From IMG/VR virus record IMGVR_UViG_3300024310_000002, positions 1 through 63,939 of that record: a DNA stretch of 63,939 nucleotides; one strand, 5' to 3'. Every line of letters begins with the position of its first letter. Position 1 is the stretch's first letter. The position numbers and the translations under genes were made by a program. This DNA comes from a virus (taxonomy: Duplodnaviria; Caudoviricetes). Below, in pieces: positions 27,884 to 38,068 of this stretch. The notes beneath the pieces are model-generated. The model was given only the letters and a program-made list of their open reading frames with translations. It was not told the DNA's origin and searched no databases.

Positions 27884-29643
27884 TCCCTCTTGCGGTTTTC
27901 CGTGCCCGGATCGCGCTCCTCGTCGCCTACCTCATACGCTCTAACTGCCGCGGGGACAACTGCGTCCCGCACCTCCTCGTCGACCAGCAGCGCGCGGAGC
28001 TCTTCGTGGACACAGGCGATCTCACCGTCATTGACGAACGTATACCCAACGGCGCTGAAGAACCCGTTCCCCGAGAAGGAGGCAACGCCTTGCGACAGCG
28101 AGTTGTTGACCGCCAGCAACGTTCCTAGCCCGGCCGTGGCGAACGTTGCCGGTATGATGGCGCTGCCTTTAATGGTGGCGGTACCAACGCCGGACATTGA
28201 CGCCACAGCTTGGAAAGTAGACCGGCCCACGGCTGTAAGCGCCCCTACACCCGACACGGTCAGGGTAGCTTGGAAGGTCCACCGGCCTATTGCCGCAAAC
28301 GTACCGACACCTGTAGCGGCGAGAACAGCTTGGAATGTCGACCGGCCCACGCCCGTCAATGCAGCGAGCCCGGCCGAAGACAACACTCCGGTAACGAAGT
28401 TCATGGCTTGGCCGACGAAGTTGCCGGCGCCTACACCAGACGAGGAGAACGTCGAACCTACGATGGTACTGCCCGAGCCGTTCAGCGCGCCCGCGCCGGA
28501 AGACGAGACTGATCCAGACGTCCACGTCGGAGTGTAGGAGATGTATACGACCCCGGAGCCGGCCGCGCCGCCGTCGCCGCCGGTACCGTTATTGCCGCCA
28601 CCGCCACCGCCGCTACCACGGTTCGCAGTGCCGGGCTGACCCACCCAGCTGTTGGCAGACTTGCCACCATCACCGCCGCCACCCGTGCCGCCCGTGCCCG
28701 CTATGTTCGTGGTGTTCGTGCCGCCACCGCCACCGGCCGCATATGAAACGGATGATCCGGAAATGCTGCTCGCTGTACCGTTGCCGCCATTGCCGGCCGT
28801 CGTGGTGACCGCGTTCGCACCGACTGCAGCAGAGCCACCACCGCCACCACCCGCCGAGTTACCGCTACCGCTGCCGCCGTTGTTGCCGAGACCGTTGGGG
28901 TGCGAAGCCGTACCGCCCGCGAACGGGCCACCAGACGCTGCCGAGCCGCCACCGCCTCCGGAAGCACCGTTGAGACCTGTAGGAGAGCTACGCGCACCAG
29001 CGCCGCCACCGCCACCGTTTGCAGCGGCTATGCCAGCTATCGAGGAGCCGTTTCCGTTCGTGCCATTCGAACCGGGCCCAGTACCCCCGGGGCCTGTAGT
29101 AGTCGGGCCGCCTGCACCGACAGTCACCGAGTACGAGCTCGCGCTCGTCACCAACGAGTTGCCAGCCGTGTACTCACCTGCGCCACCGCCGCCCGCGCCA
29201 CCGAAGCCACCTGAGCCCGCACCGCCAGAGCCACCGCCGCCGACGACTAGGTAATCCACCTGACCGACACCCGCCGGCCTGTTCCACGTAGTCGTGCCTA
29301 CCGCGGTGAACGCGTCCACGGTAACGAAGTGATACACCACCTGCGGATCAAGAAGCCCGGGATGCCACGCAGGCGTAGGCATGTCCCACTGTCTCGGCAC
29401 AGGGCCAATGCCGTCGTGCAGCGCCTCCCAGAAACGCAGCGACTGCGTGAAGTCGTGGAACACTCCCTGCCAAACTACAAGCCCCTGCGGGAAGCCTTGC
29501 AGGGGTACAGTCGCGACGATCTTGAATATCTTCTCGTCGCTCTGCTGCTCCCACCACATCGGCCGGCGTTCCCGGAAAAACCAATCACGGGAGAGCATGA
29601 CCCTCCCGTTTCGGTACTCCGTGCCAGTGTGGTCGAGCAGCAT
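27877..29643 (-). CDS. Glycine-rich fibre/virion protein
   Basis: YLVVGGGGSGG...GSGVVYISY Gly-rich domain followed by ~20-aa repeats. Confidence 0.75.
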   Translation of the reverse strand: MLLDHTGTEYRNGRVMLSRDWFFRERRPMWWEQQSDEKIFKIVATVPLQGFPQGLVVWQGVFHDFTQSLRFWEALHDGIGPVPRQWDMPTPAWHPGLLDPQVVYHFVTVDAFTAVGTTTWNRPAGVGQVDYLVVGGGGSGGAGSGGFGGAGGGGAGEYTAGNSLVTSASSYSVTVGAGGPTTTGPGGTGPGSNGTNGNGSSIAGIAAANGGGGGAGARSSPTGLNGASGGGGGSAASGGPFAGGTASHPNGLGNNGGSGSGNSAGGGGGGSAAVGANAVTTTAGNGGNGTASSISGSSVSYAAGGGGGTNTTNIAGTGGTGGGGDGGKSANSWVGQPGTANRGSGGGGGGNNGTGGDGGAAGSGVVYISYTPTWTSGSVSSSGAGALNGSGSTIVGSTFSSSGVGAGNFVGQAMNFVTGVLSSAGLAALTGVGRSTFQAVLAATGVGTFAAIGRWTFQATLTVSGVGALTAVGRSTFQAVASMSGVGTATIKGSAIIPATFATAGLGTLLAVNNSLSQGVASFSGNGFFSAVGYTFVNDGEIACVHEELRALLVDEEVRDAVVPAAVRAYEVGDEERDPGTENRKREC

Positions 29644-29649
29644 TACAGG

Positions 29650-29904
29650 TTACCCCCCGAGGTTACCCTCTCGGAGAGCCCTCTCAACAGCCGCTGCATA
29701 GTCGCGCTTCGCCTTGGCCCTCGCTTCGAGGATAAGCTTGCGCTGCTCTTCGGGATCGAAGATGCCGGCCTCGACGGCGTCCTCCACAGCCTTACTCATG
29801 GCTGCTTCGATCATCTTAGCCAACGGAGACTTCTCGCCGCCCATGCTGCCAGTGTTTGCGGACGTGAAAACAGCCTCCACGATCTTGGGTTCGAACTCAG
29901 ACAT
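29650..29904 (-). CDS. Hypothetical protein
   Basis: GGAGG RBS; in operon. Confidence 0.65.
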   Translation of the reverse strand: MSEFEPKIVEAVFTSANTGSMGGEKSPLAKMIEAAMSKAVEDAVEAGIFDPEEQRKLILEARAKAKRDYAAAVERALREGNLGG

Positions 29905-30336
29905 TTAGTCCTCCGTGATCGTCGACGCCGTCGTGAGGCGCGGCGTCACACCTGCGACGACGCTGATGTTCGGCGTGACGGTGCCGCTATAGAGGATGTT
30001 CGTCGCGCCCGACGTGGCCACGCCAACCGAAGCGTGAGTGATCGTGTTCGTGCCTGCGGTGCAGAGGCCGAAGTCGATGTTCGCCACTGGCGACGTGCTG
30101 CCGGCGGACGCCGCCGTCATGCCGCCGGTCGTACGTGCAACGCTGACGCGCGCGTAGCCGGTGTAGGTGGCCTCGCTCGTGGTCTGGTTGCCGGCATCTC
30201 CCGGGTCAGCTGTGTGCAGCGCCCAGAACAGGTTCGTCAGCGGCGAGGACGCCGCGTTGTCCGCGATGTTCGCGATCGCCGTGGCGTTGAAGATCAGCTT
30301 GAGTAATGCGTTCTCGAGGAAGTCGCTCTTGGACAT
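29905..30336 (-). CDS. Virion structural (fibre-base) protein
   Basis: MSKSDFLEN...ALHTADPG...YTGYARV pattern common in phage fibre modules. Confidence 0.7.
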   Translation of the reverse strand: MSKSDFLENALLKLIFNATAIANIADNAASSPLTNLFWALHTADPGDAGNQTTSEATYTGYARVSVARTTGGMTAASAGSTSPVANIDFGLCTAGTNTITHASVGVATSGATNILYSGTVTPNISVVAGVTPRLTTASTITED

Positions 30337-30345
30337 GTGTGCTCC

Positions 30346-31005
30346 TTATGCCGGGCCGCCCCAACCGCTGCGCCCGCCGCGTTGTGAACCTCCGGAGAAG
30401 CCTCCGGGAAATGCCCAAGCCTGCGCCCGGTATGTGTTGTTTCGCGCCCACTCCACGCGCGCCGAAGCAGCTGCCTGCACGAACTTGCGCATGTGGAAGA
30501 CCGCCATCTGCGAGTTCGTGTATGGCTTGCTCGGCTGCGTCATCATACGCCCAAGCAAGCCGTCGAGGATCGCTTCGCGGTACTTCGCCAGCACCCACGC
30601 CGGGAACGTCACGTAGCCGTTCTTAAGCGTTGGGTCCTGCACGGTGAGCGCCACAGTAACTGTGTAGATCACATCGCTCGACGGCTGCGTCTGAAGAGTG
30701 AGCTGGCCCGGGATTGACATGGCAGCGTTGACACCGGGGCCACGGCCTATCGATGTATCAGCTGGCTTCTGAAACACCCACAGGAGTTTGTCGATCAGCG
30801 CGGAGCCTGACGGCACGAGCTCGTAGATGGTACCGGCCGGGTCGAGCCCGGGCACGGCGACATCGATGTCCTCGTTCCACACGTTCGACTTCTTGAAGAA
30901 CTCGTCCATCACAGCAAACAGTTCCTGCTGCAGGACAGCATCGGTAGCACCCGTGAGCCGGAGCCGGGCGTTGTTCATGAGGCGCGTAATGTCTGCAGCT
31001 GCCAT
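30346..31005 (-). CDS. Tail adaptor/tubular protein A-like
   Basis: Position after capsid; EAILDGLLGRMMTQPSKPYTN. Confidence 0.65.
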   Translation of the reverse strand: MAAADITRLMNNARLRLTGATDAVLQQELFAVMDEFFKKSNVWNEDIDVAVPGLDPAGTIYELVPSGSALIDKLLWVFQKPADTSIGRGPGVNAAMSIPGQLTLQTQPSSDVIYTVTVALTVQDPTLKNGYVTFPAWVLAKYREAILDGLLGRMMTQPSKPYTNSQMAVFHMRKFVQAAASARVEWARNNTYRAQAWAFPGGFSGGSQRGGRSGWGGPA

Positions 31006-31349
31006 CAGGACACCGTTGTTAGCTTGGCTTGGAACATACCGAGGAACGCGGCCGCGCGCTGATCCTGCACTTCCTCGTCGTCACGGAGCTGGGCGATACC
31101 GCACATGTAGTAGGCCAGCGATGTGCGGTACATCTCGTCCATCGGGACGGAGGCGGTCATGGCCGCTGTCGAGAACGTCGGGATGGTGACGTTGAGGAAA
31201 AGGTCCGGACGAAGCTTCTTGGCTTCCGGGAGGGAGAGCGAGAGCGCCCGCACGAGGCTCGTGTCAGAATAGCGATACGGCGAGTTCTTCGTATCCTGAA
31301 GGAGCTCGCGCGCGTAGTCGACGTAATCCTGAACAGTATCAAGCGCCAT
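31005..31349 (-). CDS. Head-tail adaptor protein
   Basis: ARELLQD...RYSD...LRPD motif, directly after capsid gene. Confidence 0.65.
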   Translation of the reverse strand: MALDTVQDYVDYARELLQDTKNSPYRYSDTSLVRALSLSLPEAKKLRPDLFLNVTIPTFSTAAMTASVPMDEMYRTSLAYYMCGIAQLRDDEEVQDQRAAAFLGMFQAKLTTVS

Positions 31350-31400
31350 GGAGCCCTCACATAATTGGAGGAGGGGCCGGTGTTACCCGGCCCCATCCAC

Positions 31401-32393
31401 TTAGTGAGTGCCCTTGGTGATGATCGCCTGCGCGAGCGCAGTGCCGTCCAGCACCTTGTACCCGTAGACCTGAAGGCCGCGCATGACCTGACCGAAGGTC
31501 AGCTCCGAGCGCAGGGTCTCCATCTGGGTCATCTGCGAGGCGAACGTCAGAGCGTGGCTCTGGCCGGCGTACACGATGAACTCGCCCGCAACCAGACCGC
31601 CGGCAGTGCCGAACGGCATCAGGTTGGAGGTGTACAGCGTGAAGCGGTCCACCATGCCGAGCCGGCCGTTGCGCAGCATCGAGACGCTGTCACCGGACAG
31701 GTAAGCCTGACGAAGTTCCGAACGCTTGACCATGACCGCGGTCCACGTCGGCATGACGATCCAGCGCCCCGTCTCCGGGATGTTCTGCTCGTCGAGCACC
31801 TGACCGAGGCGCATCATCATGTCGAGGACGTCGACTTCACCGCCGGTCGGCGAACCGGTGACGATGTTGAGCGGCGTACCCGACACACCGAGGTTGATCG
31901 CACCGGTGATCGCACCGGCAGCGATACCGCGGTTGGCGGCAGCGGCCTGATCCTTGATACCGAGGAGCACAGCGCGATCGATCACGATCTTCATCTGCTC
32001 GCCGGCGTCTTCGGCCCACATCGACATCAGGTTGATGTCGCTCTGAACCTTCATCACGTCGTCGAGGATCGTGTTGAAGTACTGGCCCTGATCGATGTTC
32101 AGGATCACTTGGTTGCCCTGCGGACGCTCGAGTTCGAGAGCTGCGTCGGCAAGGTAGGTGCGGATCGTGATGGTCGGCTTGGTGCGGATATGCACCTTGT
32201 CGCCATGCGCCTTGATCTCGCCCTCGTAGTCGGTGTTCGAGATGGCGGCGAGAACGGTGGAGGCGTAGAACTTCTCGATGAGCTTGCCGCTCCAGATTTC
32301 CGGGATGTAGCCGGTACCGGAGAGGCCGTTACCCGCCGTACCGGCGGGGTAGATCGGAGGGGTGGTGACACCCGATGCGACAGGAAACGCCAT
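31401..32393 (-). CDS. Major capsid protein
   Basis: IPEIWSGKL...NTDYEGEIK..GDKVHI...RGLQVYGYKV; 330 aa; follows scaffold. Confidence 0.9.
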   Translation of the reverse strand: MAFPVASGVTTPPIYPAGTAGNGLSGTGYIPEIWSGKLIEKFYASTVLAAISNTDYEGEIKAHGDKVHIRTKPTITIRTYLADAALELERPQGNQVILNIDQGQYFNTILDDVMKVQSDINLMSMWAEDAGEQMKIVIDRAVLLGIKDQAAAANRGIAAGAITGAINLGVSGTPLNIVTGSPTGGEVDVLDMMMRLGQVLDEQNIPETGRWIVMPTWTAVMVKRSELRQAYLSGDSVSMLRNGRLGMVDRFTLYTSNLMPFGTAGGLVAGEFIVYAGQSHALTFASQMTQMETLRSELTFGQVMRGLQVYGYKVLDGTALAQAIITKGTH

Positions 32394-32426
32394 AGCGTTG
32401 TGCCCTTATGCTGAGGAGATGCGAGC

Positions 32427-33545
32427 CTATACGGCCCTAACGCGACCCTCGCGCTGCGCTGCGAACAGTTCCTGTTCAAGGGCGTTCTTCTCGGCCTCGC
32501 GACCGTTGTAATACCCCTTGCGGACTGCGTCGTAGAACGCATTCACGTCGGCCGTGGTGATGATCTGCTTCTCAGCCGGGGCATTGGGTTGCGCCGACGT
32601 TCTGGCTTTGCCGGGTGCCGCTAGGCTTTCCAGTCCGGGCTTCGGCGGCGCTGCGGGCGCGGCCGGAGTTGGAGCGGGCAACTGTGCGGGGTCCTCGGCA
32701 ACCAATTCAGACACGAAGCCTTTGAAGAAGTTCAGGACACGAGCAGTGTCGTTCTGTTCGTATGCCTGAGTAAGTGCATTGAGACGACTACCACTGGCGT
32801 ACGGGTTTGGCAAGGCCAGCCATGCTTTGAATTCCGGCTGCACGTTGATGCCGCGCCACTCCGGGAGTGCATCGTCGAGCTTGGTGAGCATGGCCTGCCG
32901 GGCCTGCTGTGCAGTCTGCTGCACGGTGCCAGTGACCTTCTGCTCGATCGACTGCATCATGCTGCGCAGCTCAGCGAGCTCTGGAGACACGATCTCACGC
33001 GCGCGGCGGCCCATAACGTCGAGCATCTCGGTACCGAACTCGTTGCGCTCCTGCTCCGTAATGAGCTGGGCCGGTGCAGGCGGGGCGGGTGGCGGCTCGG
33101 CGGGGCGCGCGTTGCGCAGCTCGTGCACCATGGTCTCCAGCGAGGCGAGGCGATCGTTCGCCGCTAGAAGCGCCTGCTCCAGCTTCGCACGCTTGCGGCC
33201 TTCCTCCGAACGAATGCGATGAACCTCCAGCTCTGCTTCGGGAGTGAGCTGAGGTGCGGAAGGAGTAGCGGGTGTCGGCGGCTGGGGAGCAGGGGGCTCG
33301 TTACCCGTCGGGGTAACAGGCGCCGGGGAAGTTTGCGGGGGAGTAGCCGGCGGTGCAGCGGGCTCCGCGATGACGATGGTGTCACCTGCAGGAGCGGGCG
33401 GCGGGGCGGGGGGATTTTGATCGGGGTATGCAGCGCGCTGGGCTGCTTCAGCGGCAGCTGCTGCTCTTAGCACTGCCTGCGGGACTACAACGTCTTTGTC
33501 GATCGGGCGAGTGTTCGGGCGTAGATCGGCGGCGCGAGTAACCAT
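32427..33545 (-). CDS. Capsid scaffolding protein
   Basis: Pro-rich and coiled coil, immediately upstream of capsid; ends AQREGRV. Confidence 0.75.
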   Translation of the reverse strand: MVTRAADLRPNTRPIDKDVVVPQAVLRAAAAAEAAQRAAYPDQNPPAPPPAPAGDTIVIAEPAAPPATPPQTSPAPVTPTGNEPPAPQPPTPATPSAPQLTPEAELEVHRIRSEEGRKRAKLEQALLAANDRLASLETMVHELRNARPAEPPPAPPAPAQLITEQERNEFGTEMLDVMGRRAREIVSPELAELRSMMQSIEQKVTGTVQQTAQQARQAMLTKLDDALPEWRGINVQPEFKAWLALPNPYASGSRLNALTQAYEQNDTARVLNFFKGFVSELVAEDPAQLPAPTPAAPAAPPKPGLESLAAPGKARTSAQPNAPAEKQIITTADVNAFYDAVRKGYYNGREAEKNALEQELFAAQREGRVRAV

Positions 33546-33612
33546 TTTCGTCTCCTTGTCGGCACCGGCAGAGGGCGCGGACGGCTGGGCGGGGGATGTA
33601 TCTGCCGCCGGT

Positions 33613-33640
33613 AGAAAAGCCCCGGGCCGTAGCCCGGGGG
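33613..33640 (-). terminator. Intrinsic terminator
   Basis: CCCCGGGC-TACG-GCCCGGGG then CTTTT on minus strand after 33659 stop. Confidence 0.65.
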
Positions 33641-33658
33641 AAGTCTAGGGAGTAGCAA

Positions 33659-34102
33659 TCAGTTCAGGGCCACCATCGAGGCGGTGGTTGCGGTCAGGAT
33701 TTTGATCAGGTACCGCTTCGCAGCGGCGATCGCAATCGTGGTTGCCGTAGGACCGGACAGCGTAACACCCGTGCCGCCGGCGACCGTGATGGCGCCAGAG
33801 GAGGTGTTGTCGTTAACCAGCGTGAGCTGGATGGTCGAGCCCACACCGGCGTTCGGATCGACAACCTGCATCGCTGCAAGGATCGCCGCCGCGGTCGCCG
33901 TGTTAACGGTCACGGCCGTGGTGCTGCCGCTGAACTCGACCACGCCGCCGACCATTTGAGTGCCGGTGAGCGTGAACGGGCCAGCGCCGCTCAGCTGAGT
34001 GTAGGTGTTGTTCTTGACCGCGCTCAGGACAGTTGCGAGGTACTGGATCGCCTCTTCGTCGCTGCGAACGGTGTCGGGAAGGTACGGGTTGTTGGTACCC
34101 AT
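33659..34102 (-). CDS. Putative capsid decoration/minor structural protein
   Basis: Thr/Gly/Ala-rich beta protein in head module. Confidence 0.55.
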   Translation of the reverse strand: MGTNNPYLPDTVRSDEEAIQYLATVLSAVKNNTYTQLSGAGPFTLTGTQMVGGVVEFSGSTTAVTVNTATAAAILAAMQVVDPNAGVGSTIQLTLVNDNTSSGAITVAGGTGVTLSGPTATTIAIAAAKRYLIKILTATTASMVALN

Positions 34103-34113
34103 CGTGTCGGCTC

Positions 34114-34347
34114 CTATTTCTGTTTGGCTGCGTCTTTGAACAGGGTCAGCAGCTCACGACATTCCCGAGCCCTTCCCTGCATGATCAATACTCCGTCCGC
34201 CGGAGCTCGTATACAGGCGAGTTCTATCCCGCGTGTGTACTCCTCCATAGCAGACAAAACATCAACCCACGAATTCGGCGCGGCCTTCGACAAGCGGGCG
34301 GCGGCGGTCGCGAGTACGTCCTTGGGTTTCGGAGGCGTGACTGTCAC
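34114..34347 (-). CDS. Small head-module protein
   Basis: GGAGG RBS; QGRARE motif; between portal and scaffold. Confidence 0.6.
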   Translation of the reverse strand: MTVTPPKPKDVLATAAARLSKAAPNSWVDVLSAMEEYTRGIELACIRAPADGVLIMQGRARECRELLTLFKDAAKQK

Positions 34348-34514
34348 GCGTCCTCCCCCACAATGCTAGGACCGTTCTGCACGACATTCGGACCGGCCTT
34401 CGCATACTGGTTTACCGAGGTGCGGGGGTCATGCACGAGCTTGTTGACCGCGCCCTTACTCGGAAGAATTGGTTGCGAGCCTTTGCCCGCGTGGTGGGTG
34501 ATCTCAACTTTCAC
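34344..34514 (-). CDS. 56-aa hypothetical protein (MKVEITHHAGKGSQ...)
   Basis: Translated manually; GTG start, fills gap, coupled to next gene. Confidence 0.5.
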   Translation of the reverse strand: MKVEITHHAGKGSQPILPSKGAVNKLVHDPRTSVNQYAKAGPNVVQNGPSIVGEDA

Positions 34515-34701
34515 CTGTCAGCCCCGTGTCTCCAAATCCCGGGATCGCAAACGCCTGCTCCGGGAGCTTGGACTTGCTGTAGCTCTTCTTCTGCCCCGGC
34601 ATCAAGGGGGACTTCTTCTTCGAAGCCGAAGAGCCAAACCCCTTCATGAGGGGGGACTTTCCGTTGTTCGTCAGGAGCTTCGGCTTCGAAGATTTCGCCA
34701 T
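34504..34701 (-). CDS. Small Lys/Ser-rich basic protein
   Basis: GGGGAAG RBS; KSPLM repeated twice. Confidence 0.55.
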   Translation of the reverse strand: MAKSSKPKLLTNNGKSPLMKGFGSSASKKKSPLMPGQKKSYSKSKLPEQAFAIPGFGDTGLTGES

Positions 34702-34857
34702 GTCACTTCCCCTTTTTGGGAGCGAGCGCCTTGCGCTGCTTGGGACTGTCGCCCGAAACGCCCGGCTTCTTCGCCGGGTATTTCTGGGCCGCCTTGCCCT
34801 TGCCAAAACTGGTTCGCTGAGCGTTGGGCTTCTGCTTCGCGAACCCTACGGGCCCCG

Positions 34858-35088
34858 TCACTTGCCCGTCTTGCCCGAAGCGCGCGGGTTGGCGCTCTGA
34901 CGCCCGAACATGTGGCCGGAGCCGCCCTTGGCGAACTTGCCGCCCGAGCCCGACTGGGCCTTGCCAGTGATGCCCGGCGACTTCGGGCCAGCTGACTGCT
35001 TGCCGAACATCTTGCCGGAACCGCCCTTGCCGAACGCCGGAGCGCTCTTGCTGACCACTTTCGACGAACCTTTACCACCGCCTGCCAT
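34858..35088 (-). CDS. Small Gly/Lys-rich basic protein with internal duplication
   Basis: AGGAG RBS; FxKGGSGxMFGxQSA twice. Confidence 0.7.
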   Translation of the reverse strand: MAGGGKGSSKVVSKSAPAFGKGGSGKMFGKQSAGPKSPGITGKAQSGSGGKFAKGGSGHMFGRQSANPRASGKTGK

Positions 35089-35115
35089 TTCGTTCTCCTG
35101 TTAATCCGCCCGACG

Positions 35116-35394
35116 TTATGTCAGGTCGGCCGCTACCTGTAGCTGAATAATAAACCGGGGGATACTGTGGTCCACCACCGCCTTCGGAATTTGCGCCGGG
35201 TCCCACTTCTTCCCGGAGGGCTGGCCGGCCGCGTTCTGCGTGCTGAGGTACGTCATGAGACCGATCAGCACCGGGCCCATGGCCTGAGGATCGATCGAAG
35301 CACACACGGGCTGGCTCAAATACGCCTGAAGAGCTCGCACTGCACTGACCATGTTGTCGAAGCTGTTGAGGTTCAAGTTCACTGTTGATGGCAT
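35116..35394 (-). CDS. Hypothetical virion protein, paralogue of 42713..43066
   Basis: AAGGA RBS; RALQAYLSQPV..SID...QPSG.K.DPA...DH shared. Confidence 0.75.
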   Translation of the reverse strand: MPSTVNLNLNSFDNMVSAVRALQAYLSQPVCASIDPQAMGPVLIGLMTYLSTQNAAGQPSGKKWDPAQIPKAVVDHSIPRFIIQLQVAADLT

Positions 35395-35406
35395 GGTCTG
35401 TCCTTC

Positions 35407-37464
35407 CTATTGCGGGCCGCCAGTGATGTTAACGCGGGGGCCCGGGTCTCCTGTAACGTTTCCGCCTTTCGGTGCCTGATTGCCTTGGGCCTGAGCTGCA
35501 GCCTGCTGAGCTGCCGCGGCCGCCTGTTGACGCTCCTTGAGCACGTCGTCGGGCGGGACAATCTCCGCACCCGGCATGCCGATGCCCTCCGAAACAGTCC
35601 GCAGAACCTGCGCGCGCCCTTCGGCGCCCATGATCCCGACGTCGATCGGGTTCGCAGTAATCTGCAGAAATTCCAGCTGCCGGGAGCGTTGGGTCTCGCG
35701 CTGGATTGCTACGGTCACGCCCATCACGCGGACCGTCTCCTCACCCGTAAGGAGCCCGGAATTGTCTGTCATCATGATGATATCGTAGAGCCCCGTCAGA
35801 AGAGGCTCAAAAATGTCCCTGTCGATGTTCGCCGCAACCGTCTGCAAAATCTTCGACGCGTTCGCCATCAACATGGCAAGGCCAGAGCTCGTGCGCCCCG
35901 CGCCGCCGGCCGAGTTACCCTGCAGGTAACGCGGGATCGCGGACAGGTCATCGGCCATGGCGTTGATCTTGTCGTACACCATCAGCAGCTCTTGAGCGAT
36001 GCTGTTCGGCTGGAAGAAGCTGATCGGAACCTGCGAGGCGCCAGTAACCGGGTCGTCCTCGATGTGCCAGCGCTTCCACGGGTACATCTGCTCGCCGTCC
36101 TCGCCGGGCGCCAGACGGCTGTCGTTGATCACCACCTGCGGGCCGGACGCCATCGACATGTTGTTCAGGAGCGAGCGCAGCGTGCTGTTCCCGGCCTCCT
36201 GCATGTCGGCGATGATGTCGGTCAAGCCGTTACCCACGGGGGTACCCGGCATCTTCTCGAAGCTCGTGATGAAATAGCTGTGACGCTTGCGCGGGCTCGG
36301 GGACAGCTGGACCTTGATGATATGGGTTCCAATGAGCCAGCACTGCACCATGTAGTCGCGCAGCCCGTCCGGGATCAGCTTGGCGTCCATGCCCTGTTCA
36401 AGGAGCAATCTACCCTGAACGTTGCCGTTGAACTCCAAGCAGCTGATCATGCCGCTGTTGTTGAGCACCGGGTTCTCCCGGCTCTCCTGCACGGCACGCT
36501 CGCTGTCGGCGTAGTCCCAGTTGTCGTTGAGGCCGCCGCGGCCGTACTCGTCGAGCACCGCCCGGATTTCGTCCGCGTCGTAGCCCGGGATATCCAGCAG
36601 GTCGTTCAGGTCGGCACGTGAAAGACGCGACTTTTCGATGATCGAGGCATTCTCGATGTCGCTTGCTCCGGGGGTCCACCACACGTCAAAAGGACTGACG
36701 CGTTCCCAGAATAGACGCGGCTTGGGCGTGCTGATGGCCGTGCCGTTCTCCCAGCTAAGAGAAGGAACAATTCGGACGACTGGACCCTTGATGCAAGCGA
36801 ACGGGAAAATGGGTAGATCGGCAATGAACTCAGCGAGCGCTTTATAGAAGCCACCCTCGAAGAGATATTCATCGATCTTGTCCTCGGCGATCTTTGCCTG
36901 CGCGGCGGCCTTCTTCTTGGACGCTTGGCGCGCCGCGGTTAGCAGCGTGTTGAGCCTGTCCCGTATCGCGGCCGGGTCCGGCATCTGCCCCGCCTGCTGG
37001 GCGCCGGCGGCCTCCGAGCGGATCAGTTGCTCGATGGAGTTCATGATGTTCGGGGGGATCGCGGGGTCCGGGTTCGGGTCGAGGCCCCATGGGCGGTCGG
37101 CCTGCAGGTATACGTCCCGGAGGAGACTGCTGGCGCCGCGGCACTTCGCGGCGGTGATACGGGCGTAAGCTTCCGAGCCGCCGAATTTCTTGATCTCGTT
37201 GAGCTTGTCCGCGGAATACTGGCCGTTGAACGTACGAAGCGCCTCGATCAGGCGCTCGGTCCACCCCGATGCGGAGTTGCGATGGTTGCGCATCATCTCG
37301 AACTGCGAGCGCACATACCCCGCCAGATTGGACATCGTGACGTCGGATAGCTTCGCAGCATCCTGCGCTGCCGCCGCTTCCTTCGCCTTGTTTGCCTCGA
37401 TGCGATCGAGCGCCCCGGGAGGGATTACTCGAAGCACGCCTTGCTGGGGTAGGGTGTCGACCAT
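35407..37464 (-). CDS. Portal protein
   Basis: ~685 aa; ERVSPFD, G.G..D, NMSMASGP, AGRTSSGLAMLM; upstream of head genes. Confidence 0.85.
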   Translation of the reverse strand: MVDTLPQQGVLRVIPPGALDRIEANKAKEAAAAQDAAKLSDVTMSNLAGYVRSQFEMMRNHRNSASGWTERLIEALRTFNGQYSADKLNEIKKFGGSEAYARITAAKCRGASSLLRDVYLQADRPWGLDPNPDPAIPPNIMNSIEQLIRSEAAGAQQAGQMPDPAAIRDRLNTLLTAARQASKKKAAAQAKIAEDKIDEYLFEGGFYKALAEFIADLPIFPFACIKGPVVRIVPSLSWENGTAISTPKPRLFWERVSPFDVWWTPGASDIENASIIEKSRLSRADLNDLLDIPGYDADEIRAVLDEYGRGGLNDNWDYADSERAVQESRENPVLNNSGMISCLEFNGNVQGRLLLEQGMDAKLIPDGLRDYMVQCWLIGTHIIKVQLSPSPRKRHSYFITSFEKMPGTPVGNGLTDIIADMQEAGNSTLRSLLNNMSMASGPQVVINDSRLAPGEDGEQMYPWKRWHIEDDPVTGASQVPISFFQPNSIAQELLMVYDKINAMADDLSAIPRYLQGNSAGGAGRTSSGLAMLMANASKILQTVAANIDRDIFEPLLTGLYDIIMMTDNSGLLTGEETVRVMGVTVAIQRETQRSRQLEFLQITANPIDVGIMGAEGRAQVLRTVSEGIGMPGAEIVPPDDVLKERQQAAAAAQQAAAQAQGNQAPKGGNVTGDPGPRVNITGGPQ

Positions 37465-37516
37465 TCCTCGCCTATATGCTATTCGGAACAAAGTTTCAAC
37501 TGAAAGGCCCCACCCT

Positions 37517-38068
37517 ATGGGCGACATGAGCCTACCAGCCGACTATCCGACAATCCCCGTCGGCGTGTACGACGAGGCTAAGCTTGTAAAGCTTGCCCGC
37601 CAAATTGCAATGGGCATCAAGGACCTCCCGGACATCCTGTTCGACAACGACCTGACCCAGCGCGAGTTCACCGAGATACAGTCGATCCCACTCTTCGCGA
37701 AGACGCTGGAGAGCGAGGTGAAGGCTTGGGCGGGCGCGGACAACACGCACGCGCGTCTCAAACTGAAGTCCGCAGCGATGCTCGAGGAGTACCTCCCCGA
37801 GCTTTATGCGCGACTGAACGACCGGCAGGAACCGCTCATGGCCAAGATGAAAGCGGTTGAGCTCGTGTCCAAAATCGCAGGCTTCGGTGATCGCGACGTT
37901 GTACCGGCCGGCAATCCGGGCGACAAGGTGCAGGTGATCATCAATCTCGGCGCCGACACTCGCGTGGAATACGTCAAGCAGTTACCCCACAAGGTAATCG
38001 AGCACGCGCCGGTGGCCCCACAACAAACCTTCGAAGAGAGCTTAGATGCTAGCGCCAATCCGGTATGA
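37517..38068 (+). CDS. Putative terminase small subunit
   Basis: Directly upstream of and overlapping terL; ends VQVIINLG. Confidence 0.6.
   Translation: MGDMSLPADYPTIPVGVYDEAKLVKLARQIAMGIKDLPDILFDNDLTQREFTEIQSIPLFAKTLESEVKAWAGADNTHARLKLKSAAMLEEYLPELYARLNDRQEPLMAKMKAVELVSKIAGFGDRDVVPAGNPGDKVQVIINLGADTRVEYVKQLPHKVIEHAPVAPQQTFEESLDASANPV

Noticed and set aside
28500-29250. Gly-rich GCC/ACC repeats as a DNA repeat element
   Set aside because: Explained by the glycine-rich fibre domain
26712-29643. Diversity-generating retroelement or invertible fibre cassette
   Set aside because: No reverse transcriptase, recombinase or template/variable repeat pair seen
11205-37350. Many long + strand ORFs (e.g. 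15676..16908, 18385..20094, 35410..36621)
   Set aside because: Antisense shadows of GC-rich minus-strand structural genes; no RBS or motifs
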